A stretch of 64,000 nt of DNA, taken from a virus (lineage: Duplodnaviria; Caudoviricetes). Both the position numbers and the translations under genes were made by a program. Positions within the stretch are counted from its first letter, which is position 1; the number at the start of each line of letters is the position of its first letter. The notes beneath the pieces are model-generated. The model searched no databases. It was not told the DNA's origin and saw only the letters and a list, made by a program, of their open reading frames with translations. Positions 20,557 through 34,001 of the stretch are shown here, one piece after another. The stretch is taken from positions 1 through 64,000 of IMG/VR virus record IMGVR_UViG_3300014204_000129; one strand, 5' to 3'.

Positions 20557-21791
20557 GGAGAAAGATTGTGGACAAGCATGTGGAGAAGCTTTACATGGAC
20601 AGCTACAAGAAGAGTATCGACAATACCATGGCGGGCATTAATAAGGAGAGTGAGAAGAGTCTCCTTCTTAAAGAAGTAGCAGCGTCATTCCTTTTCTGTA
20701 TTCGTAAGTTACTTAGGGAGGAAGAAACAGATCCCTGGACTAAGGGAAAGATTTCCGGTGTGCTCTCCTGTCGTGAGTTTCTCCCCAATGATGTAAATGC
20801 TGTATTGTGGGAGATGCAGAAGATCTATGATGAGGTTCTTCTGCGAGGCATGGATATAAGGAGTAGCAGACATGCTACTTAGTGTAGAGGTCTTTAGCAT
20901 GATACTCTGGACGGCAGTAGCTCTCACCATTATCGGGAAGGTAGCTAAGGATAAGATAGTGGTGAGTATTGGAAGAATATTGTGGGGAGTTGCCATTGGT
21001 GCGCTGCTCAGTATACTGCGGTTATCTCTCTAGGAGAAGTACACATGAATGTTAGGGTACGATGGATGTGGGGTGGTTGGGAAACCCTGCATAACATTGC
21101 AGAGGTACACCATAACTATGATAATGGCACGGGTATGCCTACACATCGAGTAGCATTTGTTACCAAGGAACATACTAGCTTTACCTATCGGTGTGAAGAG
21201 ATACGTGAGATGGAGATAACTGAAGAGAGTGAAGTACTCTGTGGATACTGCGGGCACACACTGTCTAGAGAAGTGCAGACTAATGGTGCTCCGATGATGT
21301 ATTGCTGGAAGTGTGGAAACTGGCAAGCATGTTGACACTCATTGTTCTCACATTGATGCTCATTATGATCCTTATAAAGCTAGTAAGTACACTACTGGGG
21401 GGATAACATGAAGAAGTTGCTGACAGTTTTGAGAGAAGCGGTTGTCTCTCATAACTTTCACAAGGCTGTGGAACGGGACTTCCCTAATCATACCACGAGA
21501 CTACCAACTGCTAAGGAGTTGGCAGAGATCTATCAGTACTCACCAGAAGAACAGGTAGAAGGTATGACTCCATATGATCTGCGAGATGTCATACTATTCG
21601 TTCTTACCCTTGTAGATAATAGTGGTAAGCTTAGCTTGGACACACCCGATTGTGAGCATGCAATGAGATCGGTGGGTTTGTAAGAGGATGTATAATAGTG
21701 CGCTGATCTTGTTTTTGTGCTTATATCCTATTGCGCTTGTGGTGGGCCTCGCAATAGGATATCTAATAGTGGAGAATCTAATTGTGAGACG

Positions 21792-21846
21792 TTTGTAGGC
21801 TGAGCGTCTGCCCATAAGCAATTGTGGGCAGACATGAGCCTATAAA
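21792..21846 (+). promoter_or_regulatory. SD-proximal stem-loop H7
   Basis: TTTGTAGGCT..GTCTGCCCATAA-gcaa-TTGTGGGCAGAC..AGCCTATAAA. Confidence 0.75.
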
Positions 21847-23565
21847 TTAAGGAGGGAGTTGTGATGGATGTAAAGAAGGTGCAGGAGTTGGCTGAGGCTT
21901 GTACTATGGTCATTAATAGTTGTTCGGAACACAGCGAAGACGATCAGCTGCTAGAAGTAAACTGGAATGTTGTGTATGAGATGAAAGGGAAGCTAGAGGA
22001 GGTTCTTGTAGAACTTGCGTTGATAACTGGGAAGGCACAGGAGTACCCAAAATGGCTAATATAATACATGTGGTAGATCTATTGGCAAAGCACAGTAAGG
22101 GTGAACTAGATAGCCCTGACTATCTTTACAATGAGTTGATGAGAGTCGGAGAACAGTTCAGTGGTAATAAACTCTGTAATGAGCTAAGAAGTGCATTGTG
22201 TATAACTATCGTCTGGGACTCAGTAGAGAATGAAGGCAGACTTAGGAATCTTTCTATACTAGCAGCAATGTCTGACAATAGTATTCCTGTAGAAGAGATC
22301 ATTACCTTCTACAAGAATATCGTTGATCTAGCCGCTGCACTATCTAACCAAGCTTCTACACCTATAGTAGAAGAATGTTGTAGGTGTCTGCGACATGAGA
22401 TTGGGAGTGCAACAATATATGGGCACTTCATGCAGGCTACAGAGTACTTCAGTAAAGCCAGTGCATATCCTGGACTGATAACTCTATGCAGAGATATCCT
22501 TGGTAGAACACTGGCTGCCAGTCTCGTGGGCAGTGGAGAAGATGAATATAATGATATTCTACTAATAAAGAGAGTTTTAACAGAACTTCATCAAGAGAAC
22601 TTGATTGTTCTTCTGCTTGAATATTATAGTAATCTTACGTGGAATGTTGCAATGGATACCCTTAGTGATACCGTTAAGTAAGTACCTCACACATCTTTCC
22701 AACATTCATTCGCAAAGGCCACCTTAGGGACATTTGCGGGCCAATTACTAAGGCACTTTTTATGGATGCTCTTAGTGTTTAGGGCAAAATCTGATAGGAG
22801 AACGATGGTGGAAAAGTATGAAAGAGAGGAGTTACTAAGGTTACTGGCTGAGGATGGTAGTCTGCCTGCATGTACAAACCTTGGTGGGTATCCTATAGTT
22901 TATTTTGATAAGTATGGTGAAACATACTGTCCTGAGTGTGCAAGTAGTAACCTCAATGCAGAGGTCTCTGGTGAAGATTCTTACTCGCAGATAGTTATGG
23001 GTACTATCTATTGGGAAGGCCCACCACTTATTTGTAGTGAATGCTTTACAGAAATAGAATCTGCCTATGGAGATCCTGATGACCAAAGCTGAGAAGAACC
23101 TAGAAGAGCTGGGATTTGACAAAGCATACACGACTTTATATGAGAAGAATAGAGAGAGGTTGGTTGAGCAGTATACCGCAGAGATTGATGCGTGGGGTTG
23201 GGAGGGTATCTATAATGAGGCAATGAATAATGCTGATGAGAGAAATGTAGGTAGTTGTTATCTCGGTACGGTGTTCTCACTGACTCCTAGTGGGAAGTAT
23301 TATACCTCTTGGGCCAGCTCGAATATAGAAGTGCTAGAGGCGGTTAAGGATGATATTTGGCAGGAAGTGCTAGAAGGTTTTGCAGTAACTTGGGGAGGAT
23401 ATATAACTTCTGGGGAGGGTGACCCATGCGATATATTCTTTGAGACGTATGTAGAGAAGGAAAAGTATGATGAACGACCCTTCAATGTACTAGTGTGGAG
23501 CTTGGTTACAGTAGCTTGTGTTCTTGGTATAATTATTATCACAATCTTGATGAGATAGGAGAAAG

Positions 23566-23766
23566 GTGATGAAGAATGTGAAGGTTGAGGCTAAGGGTAA
23601 CAATATTGTGCTGACCATTGATACTACTAAGAATTTTGGGCGGAGTAAGAGTTCAGGTGCTAATATCATTGTTGCTAGTAGTGGTGGGAATCAGGCAGTG
23701 ATGGTAGGAGATAGGGAGTTTAAGCTTGGTGTGAATATGTTTAGGGAGCCTGAGCCCGGAGAGTAG
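23566..23766 (+). CDS. small conserved beta-strand protein
   Basis: MKNVxxExxGNxxxLTID..GxSxS..IIVASSGGN pattern, recognised from memory as a recurrent small hypothetical family. Confidence 0.55.
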   Translation: MMKNVKVEAKGNNIVLTIDTTKNFGRSKSSGANIIVASSGGNQAVMVGDREFKLGVNMFREPEPGE

Positions 23767-23822
23767 TTAGTAGTTAATGGAGAGGGTAGGAACCTTCCTA
23801 CCCTCTGATTAGTGACTAACTA
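23764..23822 (+). promoter_or_regulatory. SD-proximal stem-loop H8
   Basis: TAGTTAGT..TAAT..AGAGGGTAGGA-acct-TCCTACCCTCT.ATTA..ACTAACTA. Confidence 0.75.
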
Positions 23823-26800
23823 TAATTCACTAAAGGGGGAATATAATGCTATTCGCAGACTTTGTAGATGGGGTAGCCGGCAAGAAGGTGTGGAAGGACA
23901 TTCGAGAGTGGACTATTGGGTGCATGGGTGTTCAGGGAACACTTAGGGGGGATATTGTACACCTGTTTGTAGAGAGTGATCCTGTGGAGGTTAGATATCT
24001 GCTAGGGCGTGTAGAAGCAGGTATAGCGATGCTGATGCAGTATAACAAGTCCCGTTATCATGAAGTTAGGTTGTTTGTGCTTGATAGGCTTCCTGGCGCC
24101 CTAAATGATCTTGTAGAGGAGTTTGCAAAGATATGAGATATCATAGTTATATGGCAGAGTTCTACCTTAGATCCTCACGTCTATGTATCAAGCTTTCTAA
24201 GCTTCTTAATAGACTTGCACATTGGCTACTTAGTCGTACAGACCCACATATTCATGCAATAGAAAGGATGGGGCATGATAACTAACATTCCTAAACCACC
24301 GGATGGATCTGCTTTCGAGTTAGTTGAAATAAAGGAGGGTGGTGTGCCACACTATTACTGTATCACACCACTACACCTTGAGTACTGCGAGAGTGGTACA
24401 TTGGATGCTAATAGTATCAGGGATGCAGAACGTCGTGGTGCAAAGTGTGATATATGTAGAAGTAGGGGTTTGAACTATACTTTTGATGAGCATACTGTTG
24501 AGAATGCACTTGTTATTGCTGTAGAACAGGTTGAAGACCTAAATGCTATAGTGGGGCTAGCTGCATACTTGAGTAGTATTAAAGAGATGGCAGAGAGTCT
24601 TGGTATAACAGGATTTGCTTTCCAGAGGAGAGAAGAATGATAAAGGTTTTTGTCCTGTGCATAGTAACAGGTGTGTGTACTTTGGCGCTTGCAATAGTTG
24701 GTGGTAGCCACGCACTTTTCTTCTTGGCCGGAGCAACTCTTGAAGCAGCACTTGTTATGTGGGTCATGCGACATGATACCTAAATATTACTGTGGATGGC
24801 ATAACAACAGGTGGGAAGCATTTTCAGCAGAAAATGAACCTACTGCTGAGACTCATGGTGATAAGTACCTCTATGTTATAGGTCCATTTCGTACTAAGCG
24901 CGCTGCGCTGTTTACAGAAAAAGAAGGGCATGGCCCAAATATGCAAACTGTTGATGAATTAGAGAGAGCAGCAAAAGATGCTGAGATTCATCCACATCGT
25001 ATAGTTATTGGTAATAGATACTTCACAGGGCACCATGTGGGACTCGATTCACGTAAGTTTGGTGTGGCAGTACCACTTGCTGAGGTTGGTACACATAATT
25101 GTGGTGGTAATTTGATACCTAATGTTCGGGGTGCATACTACCCCCTGAAGAAGAGTGAAGTAGTTCTTAGGTTAGATGATGGTGAGTATATTATCCTGCC
25201 TAAAGGTGATCTTATCAACGAGAGCGCTGTATTGCTAGGATATTACCCAAGGGAGGTTATGGGATGAATACTGGATTTATATCATGGGGACGTGATATGG
25301 TAAGTGTGGTGTGCCATTGCAGTCTAGTACCTGAGTACCCACACTTTTCAGACTTTGTTGATATGGATGCCTTTTGTAAGGATATCAACATAGTCCTAGC
25401 TACTATTGCCACTGTCTCTTGGGAGGACTACACGCTCAATATACAATATCCAAGAGTGGAAGATTGGAATAAGATAAAGGAAGAGATTGATAGAGTAGAA
25501 AAGATGTATGTTACTGCTATAGAAACTGCACGGATGTTGAAGAAGGTAAGAGTGTGATAGGATTGTTTGTGACAGTAATGTGTGGAGCAGCTTACATACT
25601 ATCAGGAAGCAGTGTATTTCTAATACTTGCAGCCACTGGGGTGGTAGTTGTTATATATGAATATATGAGAAGGGATATAAAGGAGCAGTAGTGTGCAGAC
25701 TATAGAAGAAGTACATAGTCTGAATAATGGTGTATATGCAGGAGATCATGCTGATTGGCTGGTAGTATATATTACATATCGTGATGCAGATGTGCTTATA
25801 GATAGTAACTTCGATGCCATAGAGAAGTTTCTTAGAGAAAAGTGCCCTGATGACGTAGAGATTGAGAGAAGCCGAGATTCACTCTTTGGCTGGAGAGATC
25901 ATCTCATTGTTAGACCCAATAGTGATGCTGTAGAATGGGCTGAAGATTGTCACAGGCAACTTGAGAACTATGCTATCTTCGATGAGACTGCTTATGCAGA
26001 AGAGGAGGCAGATAGACATAGGTATCATTGGCACTATTGGGATAGCTGGTCAGAGAATGATGAATGTAGTTTGTGTAGTATATTTGCAGAGAGATTAGCG
26101 GAGTTTAAGCGAAATAAGAAGGCAGTATGGGCCAGAGACTATCTAAGGAGAGTGTTTAAGATGAGGTGTATAGATGGATGATCTTATTGATGTCTTTGGG
26201 TACCTTTGTGAATATAGTGATAATGGGTGGCCTATAGTGTATATAACCGATACTGGTGATTATATTTGTAGTATCTGCGCTGACAACTACAATATTACAA
26301 GGATAGTTGAAGCAGTAACCTGTAATTCCTTTATCTGTGATTTCTGCGGGACACTTGTGATATAAGATGGTAGCTTATATGGTTATTATAAATATCACTG
26401 AGAAATATATGACAATACAGGGGGCTGGTAGAGATAAAGAAGATGCTATATCTGATGCCATAGATCAATTCCTAGAAGATAACAAGTACTTTGATGAGGA
26501 TGATATTAGTGTGGCAGATTGTATAGAACTGGAAGAAGGGGAATAATAGTATGCGATATATGATTACTGCTCATATCTATGTAGACAAGGTCGTACAAGT
26601 AACAGTAGGGGCTGATACTGCCACACAAGCAGACTGGGCTGCCAGATTCCATCTAAAGAGGGCCCCACTACTTCCTTCTGATAAAGATATAACTGTACTA
26701 CATGAGTTTCCCATTGATGAAAGTATAGATAAAGCAGTAGATGTACATTATTGGGATTGTAGAGAGAAGGAAAGTAGAGAAGAAAAGGAAGAGGCTGCTT

Positions 26801-26827
26801 GGAAGGAATGGAAAGCTAAGCACCATC

Positions 26828-26881
26828 TTTGAGTATTGATCACAGGGCAGGCGTAATCCTGCCCTGAAGTTAGTACTCAAA
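26828..26881 (+). promoter_or_regulatory. SD-proximal stem-loop H9
   Basis: TTTGAGTATTGAT..CAGGGCAGG-cgtaat-CCTGCCCTG..GTTAGTACTCAAA, then TAAGGAGG. Confidence 0.75.
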
Positions 26882-27844
26882 TAAGGAGGAAGGAAGTGGC
26901 TGTAGTCATTGAGGATATGTATGTATTCGACACAGAATTATTTTATAGAATAGTACTTGAGGAGGGAGAGAAGAGAGTAAAAGTCTGCACAGTAGTTAGA
27001 AATCCATTGTTCGCTGCCATATATATGGAGCCAACATTCCATGTCAATTCTTGGGTATGGAGCCCCACCTTTAAGGGAGCTAGTTACTTTTATAATGGGT
27101 TTATGGCCTATATACAAATGTATACTGATGGTAGATTCAAGGTCATACCGGAGAATACTGAGGTTATTATAAGGTCTTATGAGATTGATGACGGTGAATA
27201 CTTACATCATACTGCACATAGTAATATGATAGGAGGGTGTCAATGACAAGTTCCCTATCGAGAACATTTGACAGAGATGAGGGGGTTAAGGCTGTAGAAG
27301 AGATAGAGAAGGAGTTGTTCACAGATAATGTATATCTAATAACTAACTACGCTCTTAGTCAGAGGGATGAGGTTACTGTTTACTGGGAGACTCTTTACCC
27401 CAACAGATCTAATCTACCCCGTGTTACAGAGAGTGGTCTTGAGATAGCCTTTGTGGCAAGTGAAGCTGTGCGAGTAGAGGCAGTAGTAGCATATCGTAAT
27501 AAGAAGTTTAGTATCTCTGGGTTCCTACATCTAGTAGATGGTATATTTACTTGTAGTAAAGAAGGACTATATATGTACCACTATGCTGGATATTGTTGTG
27601 AGACTCCTACTAAGGCAGGAGGAAAGCATATTACAGAGTATGTTATAGAGACTATAAATCATCTATATAATGCACATAAGGATACCTGGGATAGTTATCT
27701 TAAGAAGGCCGGCGTCATTCGTGCCCACGAGAGAATCTATAGTAGTATGGGGGATAGGGAGGAACATCTTAAGAAGATACAAGAACTCGATGAAGAGATT
27801 GCTAGACAGGCAGCCACTATCATAGAGCTAATAGGAGCAAAGTA

Positions 27845-29188
27845 GTGTCTATAATTGAAACTGGGATTAGCCCCAAGTATGTTAAAGATTGGGGAGTAGT
27901 GTTTGCTCTGCGAGAGCTTGTACAGAACTGGGCGGATGTAAGAGATGAGTTTAATTGCAAAGGTACTATTCGTTGGGCAAATGGTTATGCACATTTCCGT
28001 GATTATGGGCCGGGCCTGGAGATGCGCCACCTTGTAATGGGTATCAGTGAGAAGGGCGAAGATACTATTGGTACCTTTGGTGAGGGGTTGAAGCTAGCCG
28101 CACTTGTGCTAGCAAGAGAGGGTCGTAAGATAGTAATAAGAACTAAAGATATTGTACTCTCTCCTACTATAGTTCATAGCAGCACGTTTGGTATTGATGT
28201 GTTGGCCTATTATAAGGAGATAAACTCTCCTGCCACAGTTGGTACAGATATTCTGGTAGAATGTAGTGAGGAGGAGCTTGATGAAGCAAAGTCATTCTTT
28301 GCTCGTTTTACTCCCCTACACTGGCTTGTAAAGGATAAGCTAAGTACACCTGGTGGACGGTTGTATGTAAATGGTGCTATAGTAGCTGAACTACCTGACG
28401 CACTATTTAGCTATCATGTGAAGCGTAGTGAGTCGGGCATTATTTGTAATCGTGATAGAACTGTAGTTAGTATGACAGCGGCAGAAACTGTAGTATCTGA
28501 CTACATACTAGAAGAGATGGCTCCAAAAGAGATCAGAAGTCTATTGGATACTGTTGCACATGATACTGTTTCAGTATTTGAGTCCAAATGTGAGTTCTAC
28601 AACCGCTATACTATTAGCTTTGAAAGACACATTATTATTAAAGAGGCTTTTGAAGCTATCTTTGGTACTCGTACACTGATTGGTACCGGCAATGATGATG
28701 AGATAATTGCTAAGTATCTTGGATATGATATAGAGTATTTTAGATATGGTTGGGCTCGACTACTTGCTTCGGTAGGAATACAAAGTAGCAATGATGTAAT
28801 TAATGATCTTAGGTATACACAAATAGAGGATCTTACTGAAGAGAATAAGTCCCTAGTTGAGCGCGCTAAGAACAAGGTACAGAATCTCTTCCATGAGGAA
28901 CTTCCTCGGATTATTATAGTAGATAAGATTATCAATGGTGGATCTCGCAATATAAAAGCAATGTATGATGGTGGTGATAATACAGTTGTGCTTGCTAGAC
29001 AGATACTAGAAGATCCTGAAAGCATACTGCCATGCATTCTACATGAGGCGGCTCACTGGGCAAGTAACAGTGTAGATCTCACAAGCGAATTTGAGAACAT
29101 GCTTACTAGAATGTGCGGTGTTCTTATGCAGATTGTGTATGGAGGGACTGTTACTAAAATCCATGCTAAGAGTAGAGATAACCAATAG
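27845..29188 (+). CDS. GHKL (HATPase-like) ATPase fused to a C-terminal HExxH metallopeptidase-like domain
   Basis: ALRELVQNWAD, DYGPG, IGTFGEGLK; LHEAAH near the C-terminus. Confidence 0.75.
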   Translation: MSIIETGISPKYVKDWGVVFALRELVQNWADVRDEFNCKGTIRWANGYAHFRDYGPGLEMRHLVMGISEKGEDTIGTFGEGLKLAALVLAREGRKIVIRTKDIVLSPTIVHSSTFGIDVLAYYKEINSPATVGTDILVECSEEELDEAKSFFARFTPLHWLVKDKLSTPGGRLYVNGAIVAELPDALFSYHVKRSESGIICNRDRTVVSMTAAETVVSDYILEEMAPKEIRSLLDTVAHDTVSVFESKCEFYNRYTISFERHIIIKEAFEAIFGTRTLIGTGNDDEIIAKYLGYDIEYFRYGWARLLASVGIQSSNDVINDLRYTQIEDLTEENKSLVERAKNKVQNLFHEELPRIIIVDKIINGGSRNIKAMYDGGDNTVVLARQILEDPESILPCILHEAAHWASNSVDLTSEFENMLTRMCGVLMQIVYGGTVTKIHAKSRDNQ

Positions 29189-32100
29189 TCAAGGAGTTAT
29201 GGTTGGAACCCTTTATGCACTGACTGTTGGAGATGAAGTAAGATACTTTATAGTTGGTGTAATGGAGCGAGATGTTGGGGTGGTTGGTAATATCTGTGTG
29301 CACATCTTGGGTGATATAACTGTGGTTATTATACCAGGCAGGTATACTAGCGATAAGGTATTTATTGATGGAAGGGAGGGTTATATAGATAAGGGAAGAT
29401 TACTGCTGGGGCCTAGCATAGAAGAGATGATAAAGATTAGGGGGATAATGTGTCAGAATATGACAATCTAAGAAATGAGCTGGTAGAATTGCTAGACGAG
29501 CTATATGTTAACGACTTGGGGGACAATCCTGATATATATAATATTGTAGAAAGCATTGATATAGAGATTCCTGATGACACTGATACACTACTAAGTATGT
29601 TACGAGAGTCTCCTTGGCTATGGGATGTCGGGATTGATGCAGATGTTGAACAAACACCTTACCGGGTTCTATGTGTAGCCATTTTGGAGTCTCTTGAAGA
29701 GGATCTATATGATGCTGCTCATGATATAGAACTAGATATACATAAGAGTCAACAAGAGGGTCTAGATCTACTAGAGGCTTTATATCTTGATAATGATAAG
29801 TATGAAGAGGAAGACACTATACTTATTGAGCACTATCTAAATATGTACAGCACTGAAAGTATGAGAGAGATTTTGCATGAGTATAGTATTGAGCCTGCAA
29901 TATGGTCAGCGTTTTATAAGGAGGAAGACTGTGGATCTTAATAAGCTATCTAATGAGGTACAAGAGGCTGTTAGAGAAGACCCTAGTATTACACCCGTAG
30001 TTCTACATGCTCTAGGAATGAGCCTGTGGACAGCCCTTACTAATGAAATAACTGCCCGATGGGTGGCTGAGACCACACTTGCTAAGGCTTGGGAACAAGC
30101 ATATGAGCACTTCGGAGACCGGGTGTGGGAGATTAGAGACATTCTTCTTAACTCTAAGCACCTGCAAGATACTGAGCTTATACAGAATCTACGTAAGCAA
30201 GAAGTAACTGTGGTTGTAAGTCAAGAAGATGATATTGATGATCTTTCTTATCTAGGAACATTCTCTGATGATTGGCATAGGTTTGCATTCGATACTGAGT
30301 TTGAGGGCTTTGAAGATGAATTGAACTTCTTTAGCCCTCGTACTCAGCATCTCTGCTTTCCTGCTCGATACTTTATTCCTACAAACTGTGGCAAGCCTAG
30401 TAGTGAGGAGTATAGAAAGGCAGGTAGGGCTGCCTATAAGCGTGCACTAGGATACTATGAAGGGGAGTGGCACTTTATTGTTCTTATAGTGAAGGTGTAT
30501 CTTGGTGGAAGAGTGGTAATGGAAGATAGTGTGAGTGGTATTGAGAGTGACAATGAGACTATAACAGATATTGCTAGAGAGATTATTGAAGATATGGGTG
30601 TCCCTAAGCCATATATTATTATGTGGGAGATAGACCAATGATAGAAATTACTAATGAAGTGGGTGAGAGAATAAAGGGTAGTATTTTTACTATTAACGTA
30701 TCATATTCTAATATAAGATTATTTTGTGATGGACAAGTGTTATTCGTTGATACTGATGGTGGAGAGTTCTATATTAAGCCAATTAGTTCAACACGGTTCT
30801 CTGTAGAAGCTGTGCCTTTCTCCGAGGTTGTGCAGAGACTGACATGAATATTATAGCAGCAGAAATGATCAGGTATGCACCACCACAATATCTAATAGAG
30901 AAACTAGGCGTGGTATGTGATGAAGAAACTTTGCAAGAGCTCAATAGTAGGGAGGTAGAGATAGAGGGGGAGACCTGGGGGTGGTACCCATATACAAATA
31001 TTATATATGATAGAGAAGAGCAACAATATTATCTAGCGGAGGTACTATAATGGTAAATCTATTGGAGTTGTTTAAGAAAGTGAATCCATATCTAACTGAT
31101 GAAGATATTATTAAGAGTGCGCTGTCTCGCTTGGCCGAGGATACAGTTAACTGCCATCTTGATCAGTATGGAAACATTGTACCAAGCAACCTGTACGAGA
31201 TTAGTGAGTGGCTTCTGCTGCATAAGACCGCTTTTGAGATTATAGATAGTCCTTGGTATGAAATAAATGGAATTTTGTATTATCAAACAGAAAGTGGTAA
31301 TGAAGAAGATAAGGTAAATCTAGAGGATGCAAGGGGTCAGATACATTGTATACAGATAGCTAATCACCACTGGACCCCAGGAGATGGCTTCTACTATGGT
31401 TAATCTACCAGATATAGGCAGGATAATGCTTATAAAAGATCTCCTAAGAGATTTGAACTTTGAAGAAGGGGGTGGTAGTTCTAGTGTAGTAGCCGGTGTG
31501 TTAGCAAGGCTACCACTAGTACATATCATGTTTGATACAGATACTTTTGTACTTACTATAGTATTTGAGCCCTTGCTGACAGTTGAGCAGGCATTCACAT
31601 TGGCCATAGAACTCAACCCTGATCAAGGATCTATAGAAGAGAAGGATGGTAAGACTGTTGTGAAGATGTGGTGGGATTAATATGAGTGAGATAGCTGTTA
31701 GAACTAATGCTCGGATCTTTATTGATTGTGTTGGGTATATAACTTTGGATGCAGAGGCTGTAGCATTACTGGGTAAGCCCAAGTATTTACGAGTGCATAA
31801 GAGGGGTGGGTTCCTAATATTGAAGAAATCTTCATCAGGGCTAGAGATGGTAAGCCGACCGGATGGTAGTATGGTTTCTAAATATAAAATACCATCTATT
31901 GCTAGAGAATTTACATACTATGCAAGCGTAGCCAATAATTCACTTTATATAGATATGAGGTAATAATAATGAATCTTAAAGATAGGGTATTACAGTTCAT
32001 TACTGAGATTGTGGCAGAGAAGCCTGATTGGGTGGGTGATATTGTGCTGGCTATTCAAGCTGGGATTAAGCTTCGTCTTGAGCAGGAAGCCACAGCACGT

Positions 32101-32833
32101 GTCAGCGCAGAAGTGGGTCTTGTGAGGGCTTGGGAAGATCGTAAGGGGGAGTTTATGGAAAGAGAGGAAATTAAGAAACGAGTGCTACGATGTTGGACAA
32201 TCTTTGGTAGCCCGTTTTGGGAGGAACTTAATGCTGAACAGACTTGATATAAAAGAGTACCTAGAACATATGAAGTATAATGAAGTCGTACCGATAGAGG
32301 AGATGGCCGCAGGGTTAGCAGACTTAGAACTAGATAGATTAGAGTTATCTTACGGTTACTACTATAATAGAAATCTATACATAAAACTTAGAAGTGATAC
32401 TAAGCCTACTAAGCTTATTAAGCTTGGTAAGCTGCTTAACAGCGCTGATATTACTGTAGACGATCATGGTAGTTGTATACAGGTGTGGGCTAGTTGGTTA
32501 TGAGAGTATATAGAGTACCCAAAGACTCTGATGTAGGGAGAGTAATTGCGGCTCTTGAAGAGGTATGTAAAAAGCGTGGGCTGATACTCTCTCGTTGGGA
32601 GACAGGCAGTAAGCGCTGTGGGTGGATTAGGACAATTACGTGGGCAGCACACCGTGGCCCACGTACAAGTAGGTTTTGTAATATGCCAGAAAGTGCTGTT
32701 GATGATTATATGGTACTTACAAGTCCAGAAGGTAAGACTAAAAGATGTGCTGCCTATAAACTTCTTCTAAATATGCTATTCTGTATAGACCACGAAGATT
32801 TTAAAGTGTTTGATAGGATTATAGGAGAATCTA

Positions 32834-34000
32834 TTGAGAGCAAGTGAGATAGCAAAGATCATCAAGATGAACTATCCTAATGGCACACCGCTATGTATTC
32901 TTGGTCCATCTGGTGTTGGGAAAAGTCAAATAGTTGCCCAGGTTGGAAACAGCCTGGGCATGGGTATTTGGGGTAAGGAAGATACATCCAAGGGTGCAAT
33001 CTATACATTTAATCTTCTGATCCAAGATATTGTTGCAATGCATGGGCTTCCCTATCCTGCCCCTGATTCTTTCGTGGATTGGATACCCCCACGTGAACTC
33101 CCCCTAATTGGTAATAATACCTTTCCAGACTCCGGCTTTATCATCTTCGATGAGTTCAATACTGCTAGTCGTGCTAAGCAAACTCTCCTATATGATATTT
33201 GCCTAAATCGAAAGATTGGCAACAATAGACTCAAGGAAGGCTGGTACCCAATTCTTATTGGTAATCGCGCAGAGGACCGTGGAGAGATTCATGATATCCC
33301 TGGGCCACTTATGAATAGAGTCTGTATTATATATATGGATGTTAATGTTAAGGAGTGGATTAGCTGGGCTAGTTGGAAAGAAGTGGATCCCAGAATTATA
33401 GGCTATATTGCACAGAGTGTATCAGGGAATTTGGACATGAGTAGCAGCTTGTATGATAACCCAAGTGGAAGAGTTAACCTAGATACAGGGGCCTCTCGGC
33501 CACTACGCATTGGCGATCTGTGGTATTATGATGAGACCCGAATGATAGAGAACTGGCCAACTCCGCGGGCATGGGGAGAGAATGTTGACTTTGCACTAAA
33601 ACATGGTATACTAGAACAGTCAGAAGCTGTGAGAAGAGAAGTGCTAGGGGGAATGATAGGTAAGACCTGCGCACAGTCATTCCTAACATACTGCCTGCTA
33701 TATAATGAGCTTCCCCAACCACATGATATCCTTACCGGCAAGAAGACTTTCCCAGCTATTACCAATGCCGGGCTGTGCTTTGCAGCAGCTACTTCTATTG
33801 TAGAGCATGTTAAGAATAGAAGCGAGGCCGGTAAACCGATGCTCAAGGAACTACTAGAGTTACTTAACAGTGGCACAGTTACTGCTGACTTTATTATGCT
33901 TATGATAACAATGTTGACTGGCTATGGTATGTTTGATGAGATGAAGAATATGGGTAAGCCTTTTATGCTATTGGCACAAAAGTTGAATCTGGAGCTGTAG
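32834..34000 (+). CDS. MoxR-like AAA+ ATPase
   Basis: Walker A GPSGVGKS, Walker B IIFDEFN, GN, PLMNR, PTPRAW. Confidence 0.85.
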   Translation: MRASEIAKIIKMNYPNGTPLCILGPSGVGKSQIVAQVGNSLGMGIWGKEDTSKGAIYTFNLLIQDIVAMHGLPYPAPDSFVDWIPPRELPLIGNNTFPDSGFIIFDEFNTASRAKQTLLYDICLNRKIGNNRLKEGWYPILIGNRAEDRGEIHDIPGPLMNRVCIIYMDVNVKEWISWASWKEVDPRIIGYIAQSVSGNLDMSSSLYDNPSGRVNLDTGASRPLRIGDLWYYDETRMIENWPTPRAWGENVDFALKHGILEQSEAVRREVLGGMIGKTCAQSFLTYCLLYNELPQPHDILTGKKTFPAITNAGLCFAAATSIVEHVKNRSEAGKPMLKELLELLNSGTVTADFIMLMITMLTGYGMFDEMKNMGKPFMLLAQKLNLEL

Positions 34001-34001
34001 A

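Larger units (their letters stand above)
13755..27845 (+). other. early-type region: dozens of small hypothetical ORFs with strong AGGAG/GGAGG SDs
   Basis: Dense co-oriented 60-270 aa ORFs, purine-rich coding strand, overlapping stop and start codons. Confidence 0.8.

Noticed and set aside
14414-26881. Intergenic hairpins as intrinsic terminators
   Set aside because: No U-tracts follow them, the stems are long and bulged, and they lead directly into SD sequences.
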